Source: a virus. From it: 64,000 nucleotides of DNA. Positions within the stretch are counted from its first letter, which is position 1; each line of letters begins with the position of its first letter. The position numbers were made by a program, and so were the translations under genes. The stretch is from IMG/VR virus record IMGVR_UViG_3300013286_000013, positions 1-64,000 of that record. One strand, 5' to 3'. Of the stretch, positions 48,501 to 57,800 are shown in pieces. The notes beneath the pieces were generated by a model, which had not been told where the DNA came from, did not search any database, and was given only the letters and a program-made list of their open reading frames with translations.

Positions 48501-51450
48501 AATTGTTATTGGCCAGAGCCTCTACGCACGTGATCAATTTGGTAGTTATAATGATTTATTTGGCAATCCATACATTACTACAGGTACTCAGGTTACAGAT
48601 GTTAACTTCCAATCAATCTCTCTAAGCAATCCTGTAAATGCTGGCGGCGGTGATACTGCCAATCTTAATTTCTTTACTATGTATATCACAGGCAATGCCT
48701 ATTATACTATCAGAGGTAGTACATTGGCACCTGATCCAATCGCTCCAGGTACTAAACTCATTGGTGCAGGTGCTACTGAACAAGGCAACGATCAAACAAT
48801 TGAAGAAATTCAAGCCATTACTTATCTAAGTTCCTTGACAAACAAAATTGTATCCAACACTTTAGTCAACGCATTTCAATCAACGATAACACAATTTACA
48901 AATATTGCGCTGGCAACAGGCGGACAGTCAACTGTGAGAATGGGGCAACTGTTTGCAACCTTGACAAATATAATTAACAACGGACCAAGTGTAGCTCCTA
49001 CTGTTGCCTACGCAGGCATTGTTGCACCCGGAGCGAACGATTCGTCTTCGTTATTAAGATCAAATAGATTATTCCTACAAACAGAAATAGTAAATTATGT
49101 TAATAGTCTATACTTTGTCTACGACCATGCGTCGTGGAAACGCGATTTGGCATCTATTATAGATGGTTTTGCCTATGATGTAGCCTTTCAATCCAACTAT
49201 CAATCTATCAAATCCGGAAATTTATACAATAGAAATATTGAAAGTGCCAAGTATATTTTAGAAAATGAAAAGACTCAGATAACGGATGCTATAGGCAAAC
49301 TCGGTGCTATCACTAACCAGTTGGCTGGTATTAGTACAGTCACATCTGCCATTAGTGTAATTAACTTAGACTCTATCTATATACAAAATATTATCAACAA
49401 CGGCGACGCCGGTGGTCCTGCGTACTCAATGCCTGCACCTGCAGGACTAGATTCGGGCATCGTTGGTGCCATTAGCTTAATTAACAACAACATATCCTTT
49501 ATTAAAGAAGAGTTGATAGGATGGATCAACTATACATATCCAGTTTTTACTTATGACACAGTTAAGTGCAAGAGAGACATGGGACTCATCTTAGATGCTG
49601 TTCATTGGGACGTGTTATTAGGCACCAATTATCGTGCAGTAAAAGCCGGTCAATCGTATTATCGTGGTAATTCATATGCTGTACTAACCTACGAAAAGAC
49701 AGCAACTATTGCGGCATTTAATTTTATCAAGACCGATGCATTGTTGATTCCAGCAGTAGCAACAAGCACAACCGCTACAACTACAGTAACTACTGACTTT
49801 ACAACAATTAATAACATATTGCAAAGTGGTGTAAGTGTAGCTCCTGCGATAACCTATACCCTACCTACAAATATTGCAGTTGGATTTGATAGTGCAAGTT
49901 TACTACTGCAAAATAATGTGTCATTTATCAGTGCAGAAGTAGAAGCATTTATATATACCAACTACAATGCTGGCGGCTTTGTCTATGATCGTGTAAAATG
50001 CAAACGTGATATTAGTTATCTCGTACAGGCAATTATATACGATATCACATATGGTGGAAATTCCATGAGTATTGATAGTGCGTTGCAGTATTTTGATAGT
50101 GCCAATAATAATGTAAGCACTATTCCAAATCAGCAAACACAAACCATTGCAGGTATCAACTATATTAATACCATATGCCAACGCATCATAACTAATTTGT
50201 CTCCATTAGTGGCATATCAAACAGTTAACATTGTTGCTCAATATAAAAATAATGCATATATAAACGGTTCAGCCGCAGGTTCTAAAGTTGCACTGTTGGT
50301 AACAGTGATGAGCAATATTGTCAGTAGCGGTCCTAGAGTGACCCCGGTTATTACAACTCCTGATATCAGTTGGGTCAACGACAAGACTCTTGCAGCCGGA
50401 ACAGCTATCAATGCCAGTGCGAATTCAATCTCTACACAGGCGATTACATTTATCGGGCAAAATTTTGATGTATTCACTTATGATCAAAATAAATGTCGCA
50501 GAGACATAGGCTACATATTACAGGCTCTAATATATGATTTGACCTACGGTGGCACCTGGCAGACTGTTGACTCCGGAAAATTGTATTGGAGCGGGACCAA
50601 ATCTTTAGTGCCAAATGAACAAGCACAGACTGTGGGTGCCTGGAATCGCATGTTATATCTGGTTGGTCAGATAGTACAAAATCAAAATCCTGCAAATAGT
50701 TATCAAGCTACGTACAGTCAATTCACCAACGGATCGATCACCAACGGAGCAAATGCTATACCAACATTGACTAATTTGACTGGTATATTAACTTCAATAA
50801 TTCAAAACGGATTATCTTATGCTCCTGATATTGTATATCCAAGCATATCACAGGCTACTCCTGTACTGCAGGGAATATACAACATAATCGAATCGCAAAA
50901 GACCAATCTAGTGAATCAGGTAATTACATACATTGATGGAAAGTATAATGGATTTGAATATAATCAAGCTCTGTGTAAGCGAGATGTTGGATATATTATA
51001 GATGCCATAGCGTCCGATTTGGTAACAGGCGGTAATTACAACACAGTGTTGGCAGGTCAAAGTTATTACGCCAGGGCAGGAACACATCATTACGTGCAGT
51101 TAGAAGACAACATCACGGATGCCGCTCTGTTTTCAGACAAGGCACTGGTGAATTTCTATCAGCGTTCATACATGTCGGCTTCTGGCTACTTGTTTGAGTA
51201 TGTAGGCGCAGGTTCTAACTACGGCGCTCTACCGCAGATAGGACGAGCAGATCCAATACAAGAAAGAGAAACCATACAGTTGAATAACGGTAAGGTCTTC
51301 TTTACATCAACAGACCAAAACGGTGACTTCCGAATTGGCCCGGGATTGGTAATTAGTCAGGCAACTGGCGTGTTATCAGGTCGTACATTTACCAAGTCAT
51401 TGTTTGCTAACTTGACACCGTTCATCTTGGCGATTGAAGGAAAAGGATAA
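42595..51450 (+). CDS. 2,951-aa virion fibre/spike-like protein: beta-helix-like scaffold carrying 13 helical C-x-R-D repeats
   Basis: Pectin-lyase-like segments (LYVTEDGSDTNDG...VIGSDLRTTLIEP; FTQVNQGGIGIHITNNGYAQLVSVF) interrupted by two blocks of ~145-165-aa repeats. Confidence 0.8.
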   Translation: MAVGRITGPLLASNLLRDGINLAVETNLLYLDVTTGRIGIKTNSPQYDLDVNGTANVGSIIVLNTSTLGLLTVTKTASSGTIGSTLGPIHIKPAPGNEIKLDADTLVSGNLHATGDITADGNIVLGNQLGVDTLTVGAEFLSSLIPKTPGTYNVGSPTNNWKDGYYQQIQAGNLRAYGSTITNLLASQGISIEPKGGPLNVYGEIRVWGQNPLGTSPVTKNLLYVTEDGSDTNDGGAMDPSRACRTVSGATKSPLYKEGTSIKVSPGLYRENNPILMKQYTSVIGSDLRTTLIEPMNKTQDLFHVQSGCYVAQLMMYNGRSGRFPGGPGYAPGTNRGAYATAFPPQVNGTKIDLFHSPYIQNCTNQSGPWLYDGTMFVPNQTIQIPEAVGTATYPSNTTTFTVTLSTGSIYVGQSINGGPPDPGFQNARTLLLANKAFIQEQTVAYVDQTYGGPFQYNAVKCARDTGLIVDGLGLDLIYQGTSQSVFSGLQYWNQTATPTQIPGEATTTTNAFNYISGLAQQIVRNIVIAAPYQNTLTQVTNLPAGAVGDSTRVGSLFTTVTNIITYGTAGITDKIIPNGTTITSNTSTVAAYNLLQANKNFLKSEVIAWITVFSPGSFIYDKNKCKRDLGYIIDSISFDLLRGGNRQAIQAGTLYYGYSSTTAIPNEIAQTTMAYQYMKSVISSVVQSQKLVSFYQSEIPQVLDNVNPGSAAAATTISSNIDLITRLITVGPAAAPSLVPISLTQTSTAGLLNAYALLNANKNFIKAEVVAYTNSLPNFVYNQEKCKRDIGIILENVSFDALFGGNAKAIESGLAYFDGVNSVIAGQETQSVGAINYVKSLTNTIINNMRAPNLIGTTATHAQVINYAFPGGSVAQDSLDNAYDTITNIINNGPSVAPESFLGCAPDPHYMSAEILLQTNRAFIQEEVVTYLNNQFLPFSFNSAKCYRDSGLIVDSIALDLLFPTATDSQSNFAGLQYWSQSSYTGLIASQITTTTNSISYLSSLAQKIILNDTSGPRYQSTSAQNTSVASSTAEVATKIGTNFNLILDILNNGTVGITDKIVPSGLATNDPRIVHAYTQLQNNKGYLQDEVIAFITSTTSGFTYDQTKCRRDVGYMIDSISFDCLYGGNRQSITSGINYYSHNALSSVQTPAETTATIAAYTRLSDIVSGIITATPIARSDNNIIDQVIDLPPATSAEVTLARAKIAKISSIITTGPSAASATASISLTPSADENVKRAYALLEANRNFIANELVQFAQNTYNGGGFQYNQAKCSRDTGLIVDGFITDLGWSTNGYTNTIFSGLQYWNQSGFTGQIVGQLTTTTNAINYVKTMAKEAVVNTVGTRYQSTVTQQINLPSATLSEASTLDIEFKIITDILSTGTVGISDKVVANGLAIVSSNAQNAYNILQVNKTYFQAEAIAYIDSTKTAGFIYDKVKCSRDVGYMIDSVCFDLLWGGNRQAITSGVYYYSFNGSSSIPGESQQTISAYQRLGEILGDIITNSPIQNSPGNITAQQFNSSPSIIETASALNAMVALLLDIINNGPSAVSRQIPVGLTRNTDQNILNAQTLLLLNRQFIRDEIIAYVNSTFPNYQGNKGFNYDQAKCYRDTGLIIDAISQDLLVGGNRKIIEAGVSYWTGGRNVVYDQLPQFNAALTYIKDLSRQIVQNITVTSLSAAPQKLNTYFGGGIYAIDSINRLVETFRTIVTKGPAYSPIGYEGSGAFSALSPTSADFTQVASTILQADLVGANQYKIILNVPTQGPGINQTIYFGQTSVYPLQDKDVPDIYEQRKVDPWGSIGGSLVDGGVISDRSPIQSFVYDAFTQVNQGGIGIHITNNGYAQLVSVFTIFCGTSVLVENGGICSITNSNANFGDYCLVSKGYGKRSFFGEVTNPAVLPYYPNGFFPQAQQVEVYCPDPANRPHIGQVMEVEVPETYRNAQGLPGYLSAIVNTSTLTTGSIVINGIDTTGIVIGQSLYARDQFGSYNDLFGNPYITTGTQVTDVNFQSISLSNPVNAGGGDTANLNFFTMYITGNAYYTIRGSTLAPDPIAPGTKLIGAGATEQGNDQTIEEIQAITYLSSLTNKIVSNTLVNAFQSTITQFTNIALATGGQSTVRMGQLFATLTNIINNGPSVAPTVAYAGIVAPGANDSSSLLRSNRLFLQTEIVNYVNSLYFVYDHASWKRDLASIIDGFAYDVAFQSNYQSIKSGNLYNRNIESAKYILENEKTQITDAIGKLGAITNQLAGISTVTSAISVINLDSIYIQNIINNGDAGGPAYSMPAPAGLDSGIVGAISLINNNISFIKEELIGWINYTYPVFTYDTVKCKRDMGLILDAVHWDVLLGTNYRAVKAGQSYYRGNSYAVLTYEKTATIAAFNFIKTDALLIPAVATSTTATTTVTTDFTTINNILQSGVSVAPAITYTLPTNIAVGFDSASLLLQNNVSFISAEVEAFIYTNYNAGGFVYDRVKCKRDISYLVQAIIYDITYGGNSMSIDSALQYFDSANNNVSTIPNQQTQTIAGINYINTICQRIITNLSPLVAYQTVNIVAQYKNNAYINGSAAGSKVALLVTVMSNIVSSGPRVTPVITTPDISWVNDKTLAAGTAINASANSISTQAITFIGQNFDVFTYDQNKCRRDIGYILQALIYDLTYGGTWQTVDSGKLYWSGTKSLVPNEQAQTVGAWNRMLYLVGQIVQNQNPANSYQATYSQFTNGSITNGANAIPTLTNLTGILTSIIQNGLSYAPDIVYPSISQATPVLQGIYNIIESQKTNLVNQVITYIDGKYNGFEYNQALCKRDVGYIIDAIASDLVTGGNYNTVLAGQSYYARAGTHHYVQLEDNITDAALFSDKALVNFYQRSYMSASGYLFEYVGAGSNYGALPQIGRADPIQERETIQLNNGKVFFTSTDQNGDFRIGPGLVISQATGVLSGRTFTKSLFANLTPFILAIEGKG
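43860..51080 (+). repeat. 13 protein-level repeats, consensus F-x-Y-(D/N)-x-x-K-C-x-R-D-x-G-(Y/L)-I-(I/V)-D-x-x-x-x-D-L-x-x-G-G
   Basis: Motif Cys codons at 43978, 44470, 44953, 45433, 45925, 46420, 46912, 47413, (Trp 49135), 49567, 49999, 50494 and 50974. Spacing within blocks is 432-501 nt. Confidence 0.9.
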
Positions 51451-51463
51451 AGGATAATATAAC

Positions 51464-51850
51464 ATGGCATTAATACCATTAAACGTATTCAAGACAAAAA
51501 CTTTTGTTTTGACAACACAAACAAACACATTTGTTTACACAGCACCGGTTGGAGTTACATCGATTGTATTGATGGCAAACGTAGCCAACGTAACGACGGC
51601 AACAACGGCGGCAGTGACTTTTGCACATCATAGGAATCTTCCGGTCTTACCAGATGCACAGGGTAACGGAGGCCAACCGGCAAACGTGACCACGGAAATT
51701 GTTTCAGGATTTCAGATACCTCCACAAGATGCGTCAAACATGTTGCCGGGAAAAATGATTATTGAGAGTTTAGATAGCGTAGTGGCTTACGCAGATACTG
51801 CTAGATCATTAAAATTAACTCTAAGTATCTTAGAAACAGCCAACGCATAA
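51464..51850 (+). CDS. Small virion structural protein (paralogue of 41450-41779)
   Basis: VYTAPVGVTSIVLMANVAN...IPPQDASNMLPGKMIIESLDSV; SD AAAGGA. Confidence 0.75.
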   Translation: MALIPLNVFKTKTFVLTTQTNTFVYTAPVGVTSIVLMANVANVTTATTAAVTFAHHRNLPVLPDAQGNGGQPANVTTEIVSGFQIPPQDASNMLPGKMIIESLDSVVAYADTARSLKLTLSILETANA

Positions 51851-51862
51851 TAGGAATTAACA

Positions 51863-54800
51863 ATGCCATCATTACTAAGCGGTAAGGTAAAATTAGTTAG
51901 TCCAGGAACTAATTACACCGTAGTTAACAATTATATCAGTCTGAGCCAAGCACAGGCTGGTTTAGGTGCCTCACCTACAACAAACACTGGTTACACCTTA
52001 GTAATTGGCCCAAATGGTCAGGCAACATATACAAACACACTTGGTCAAATTGCGTTTAGTACTGGTACTATTACATCGCAAGCACCGACTGGTGACTTAA
52101 CTCTTAATCCAAGCGGCACAGGTACGATTACACTTAATGGTCCTGTTAATATTCCCCAAGGTATTCAAGGTAGTGGATTTAAGACAGAAGCAAAACGTGC
52201 AACAACTGGAAACGTTTTAGTCAATCAATCCACATCAACAGTGGTCTATGACGGTTATCATGTAGATTATCTAGACCGTCTCTTAGTTAGAGCACAAGAT
52301 GATGCTAGAAGCAATGGTATCTATTATGTTTACACAGCAACGTTTGCCACTAATGTAGTTACAACGCAGATAAACTATACGCAAAATAGCTATACTGCCA
52401 CAACATACAACGTCGGTGATGCAAATAGTCTAGTTGCGGGTAGTACACTTACCAGTTTGTTTGTCGGCTTTAACACAACTATTGTTCAAATACTAGACAG
52501 CTCAACATTCTTAATGAGCAATCCTGCATTGGGAAATATTACTGGTGCAGTTTCTACAGCATCAAGTAAAGGTCTAACAAACTTTGTAACACTTTCAAGA
52601 TCAACAGATGCATACACGACTGGTGGATTGAAACACGTTGTTGTTCCAATTGTTGGAGGCACCTATGAGGGTAGATTATTTTATACATCATTCCTGGCTA
52701 CCCAGGTAGTCGGAGTTGATCCAATCAATTGGTATGAGATAGTTGATAGTACTTCTTATCAAACTGTCTACAACAAATATTTAGAAAATTCATCGATTGG
52801 CTCGTATCTTCCAAACACTGGTAGATTTACAAATTTAACTGCAATAAACACAGCTACCTTTACTAACGCAACTGATTCTACAGCAACTAACAATGGTGCT
52901 GTGATAGTAACTGGTGGGGTTGGTATTCAAAAGAGTCTGTTTGTTGGAGGAGCTACAAACATTCAAGGCAGTTTAAATGTAAACAGCCAAGCAAATATCA
53001 ATCCAGCTGATGCAACAGTATCAATTCAACCAACTGGAATTGGCACAGTTACGATCAATCCATCTACTAAAGGCACCATTAACAACATAGACATTGGTAA
53101 CACTATTCCCAAGAATGGTACCTTTGTAAATCTAACAGCTAATAATCAATTATTAGTAACATCAACATCACAGTCTACCAGTACAACTACAGGTGCTGTA
53201 CAAATTGCAGGCGGTGTTGGCATTGGTGGCAACCTAGTCCTAGGAGGTCAGTTAATATTCAGCGGACTTGCAGACGAGTTTGTTGTTAATAATTTCCGTG
53301 CAAAAGGACAGGTACTGTTTACTACGAGTACAAATTCAACATCAACTACGACAGGCGGACTTATTGTAAGTGGCGGTGTTGGTATTGCACAAGATCTAGT
53401 ATTAGGTGGTAAACTAATATTTCAGGGCTCGGGCACAAACTTATCTTTGAGTACACTATCAGTTACGTCTAGTTCACAGTCAACCAGTACTACTACTGGT
53501 GCGTTAACTGTAGTCGGTGGGGTAGGTGTAGGTGGAAACTTAACCCTAGGCGGACAACTAATATTCAGCGGTGCTGCCGGTAATTTAAAGGTCAGTACCC
53601 TAGCAGTTACCAGTTCTACAAATTCAACCAGCACAACTACAGGAGCATTTACTGTTACTGGCGGTGTTGGTATTGGACGAGATTTAGTACTAGGCGGAAG
53701 TCTGGTATTCACAAACGCCAGCGGTACTATCAACGCGGCACAAGTTCACATCCTTGGAACAAACACTTCAGTAAGTACGCAAACAGGTGCTCTAGTTGTT
53801 GATGGCGGTGTGGGTGTTGCCAAGGACGTGGTAGTTGGCGGCAATTTGGACCTAGGCGGTCAGCTGACATTTAACAAATCATTTACTGCAACCTTCGTTG
53901 CACTACACATTACCAGCACAGCAAGTAACGTCGCCTCATTTGTTGATAATGCAATTTTTGTTGAAGGTGGCCAATCTGTTAAGAAAGACCTAAGTGTTTA
54001 TGGTAACACGGTGCTCTACGGTAATTTAACGGTAGCTGGAACACAGACAGTTGTTGATTCGCAAAACACCTATATCATTGATCCAGTAATTGACATAGGT
54101 ACTGGTGTGGATAACACTCCACTATTGGTCAATGACGGTTATGATCGCGGCATGCTATTGCACTATAGCACAGGAGTTGGCGCACAATTTGACAACCATG
54201 CATTTATCGGGCGCGATGCAACTACAGGTTTCTTAACCTATAAAGTTAACATCTACCCAGGTGGCTACGAATATTTTCCGCCAGCATTTGCAAATACAGG
54301 TAGCTTTGGTACAGCACAATTTGGCGGCCTACGACTAAGTGGCGGCGCAGTTGCACTGAGCACTAACACGGGAGATCTACAAGTACTGGGCGGTATTGGT
54401 GTTACAGGCGGAAGCTATTTTGGCGGAACGCTAACACTAGGTAGTGCATTAGCCAATACAACACAGACAATCAATCATGCATTGGTAGTATCTAGTGGCG
54501 GTATTGGAGTTGCAGGAGCCAGTTTCTTTGCAGGAACGGTTAAGTTTTCAAATGCCCAAGCATCAACAGATCCATCATCCGGAGCAGTCGTGCTTTCAGG
54601 AGGCCTTGGAGTAGGCGGATCGATCTTTACTGCCGGTCCAATGCGCATAAGAAACAGTACAGCGGCTGTAAGTACTGGAACAGGTGCCCTAGTTGTTTCA
54701 GGCGGGGCAGGATTTGATGGCGATATCTATGCACATAACATCTATACAGATGCAGGCCTAACACAGCTGGCAAATTTCAACGGTGGACGCATCAGCGATC

Positions 54801-57800
54801 CATTGTTTATCGACAATACTACAACTGCAATCAGCACTACAACAGGAGCATTGCGAGTTGGTGGTGGCGTAGGTATCGGCGGGGCATTATGGGTAGCTGG
54901 AACTGCAAACGTTAGCAACTTGTTTGTCAACGGTGCGGCAGTATTAACTACATCAAGTCCGACAGGATTCAACGGCGGCACGATCATCTATCCATTGCAA
55001 ATTGGATATAGTACTTCCACGTTAAACACAACTGGCCTAACAGTCAACTCAGGTGTTAACTCTGTATCAACAGACAGCGGCGCTATTGTAACTATTGGTG
55101 GCGTTGGCATTGGTCAAGATCTGCATATTGGCGGAACGATTTATCGCGAAGGCGATATAACAACGGCCAACTGGGGACAGACAGGTATTGCGGTTAACTT
55201 GGCAAGTGCTGTCTATACAGATAATCAAGCATCTGGGTCATTTACAAATACAAACAACGTCTATGTTGGCCAGCCAATCATCAATTCAAGATACGGCTCT
55301 GCATACGCACAGGCAAACACTGTCTTTATTGAAGATGCTCCTAAAGTTAAGACCACAGCTACTACCAGCATTGCGGATTCATACGCAGTATGGGTAAACA
55401 ACGGCAAAGTTCATATTGGTAGCACAGCGTCTAGTGCAACAAACTATCTCAACAACGCACTAAGCGTAGCAGGTGGTATTGGTATTGCTGGTGCTATACA
55501 GGCCAGTGGTCCATTAAGTGCTCCACAAATATTTGACAGCGGCAATCGTGTTGTTACATTTGTTGATATCATTGACGGTCCCGGTATATCATCAACTCCT
55601 GATAAATCAGGCGGCACTACTGCCACTATTACAATCAACAATACTGGTGTTCTAACAGCAAACGCTGGTACCGGTATCAACGTTGACAGATCTACCGGCG
55701 ATGTTATAATCAGCAACGTTGGTGTAACCAAGATTGAAACAGGTCCCGGAATTAGCGCATCAACCAGCACTGGTACCGTGTCACTGGTAAACACCGGTGT
55801 CCTAAGCCTAATAGCAGGAACTGACACAGCAGTATCATCTACTACTGGTAATATTACAGTTTATAGCACAGCTACTTTGGCTTCTGTAACCAGCAGAGGT
55901 GCAACGACAACCAGCACTATTCGTTTAACTAATACGCAGACTGGGTTGGTTGTCGGAGGCGATGCTGTGTTCTCTGGAACTGTTGCAGTTACCGGAACAT
56001 TGAACATCGGCGGTGCAAGTATCAGCGGTGGCAATGCTACATTTACATCATTACAAGCTGGCGATACCCTGATTACTGGACAGCTAACAGTATCAGGAAC
56101 ATCAACATTTATCAACAGTCAACAATTGACAGTTGTTGACCCTGTTATTGACGTAGGAACAAATATCAATAATGCACCGTTATTAGTTAATGACGGATTT
56201 GATAGAGGTGTGTTGATGCATTACAGCACCACTCTTTCAAATAACATTAAATATGATGCCCACGCATTCTTAGGACGTGATAACGCATCAGGTAAGTTAA
56301 CTTATAGAACCAACATTTGGCCAGGCGGTGTAACCGATGTTCCAAATCCTTTCAGCTCGACAGGCACACTGGGAACAGCAGTATTTGCCAGATTAGAACT
56401 ACAAGGCGGAATTGCTTCTACAAGCCCAACTACCGGCGATCTACAGGTAGTAGGCGGCATAGGTGTTGGAGGCGCAAGTTACATTGCCGGACAGGCAAGA
56501 TTTGGAAGTCAGCTAAATGCAAACGCCACAGCGACTGGCGCAGTCATAGTCGATGGCGGTCAATCTATTACTAAAGATCTGTACATTGGCGGCAACGTTA
56601 TTGTACGCGGATTTGTACTGACAACAGCCACAGCTTATAACGGCGGTGAAGTATTCAATCCTGTTATTATAACTAACGGTACAAGTGCTACGAATACCCT
56701 AACTGGTGCATTGATTGTACACGATGGCGGTGCTGGTATCGGCGGCGATGTTTGGGTCGGCGGAGCTCTTAATGCTAAATCAGTCCTGGTTGATGGAAAA
56801 GCAATCACAACTGACATTCACCTAGTAACTGGTCCCGGCCTAGTTGGTGCTGTTACAACATCTAGCGGTGGCGTAACTATCACAATGACCAATACAGGTA
56901 TCTTAAACTTAGATGCGGGCCCTGGTATTAGTCTTGCAAATACCGGCACAAGCGGTATAACAACAATTACCAACACTGGTGTATTGTCTGTATCAATCAA
57001 CGGACTAGGCCTAAAGGCCAGCACGTCAACTGGATCTGTGGTATTAACTAATATTGGTGTAACAGCCGCAACAGCTGGTGCAGGTATTAGTGTAAATCAA
57101 AATACAGGCTCGATCATTATCACCAACGTAGGTGTTCAAAGCATTGGTACTATTGGTGGTGGTATAACAGTAACTACCAGCACTGGATCTGTATTCTTAC
57201 TGAATTCCGGGGTGACAAGCCTAACAGCAGGTACAGATACCAACGTTACCGCGATATCAGGTGATATTACAATTTGGGATATCAGTACCCTACAATCAGT
57301 AACCGGTCGTGGAAATATTACAACTCACGACATAACTATCGATAGTACAACTCCAACTTCTAATACTGCCAGCGGAGCATTGGCAGTCACAGGTGGTGTT
57401 GCAGTCGGACAAAACTTGTACGCAGGTGGCCAGATTTATGCTCTGGGAGGCTATTTAGGATTAAATCCTCCTGCTATCTTTATCAACAACACAAACGTTA
57501 CTGTAACTGATAATACAACTGAGCACAAGGTTTCTGTTGCTATCAACGGTACTACTACAACTACATTTGATATTGTCGGTGAGCATATACTATCTACAAC
57601 AAATTCAACAAGCACCAATACGGGCGCATTGATAGTTGATGGTGGTATTGGCCTTGCCAAGAATATCTATGTTGGTGGCAGTGCCACAGTTGCAAATACT
57701 CTAACAGTACTAAGTACATCGACGATGGGTTCAATACTGCCTCTGCCAGGCGGTTATTACAACCTAGGAAGCCCAACACAGCGTTGGGGTACACTTTACA

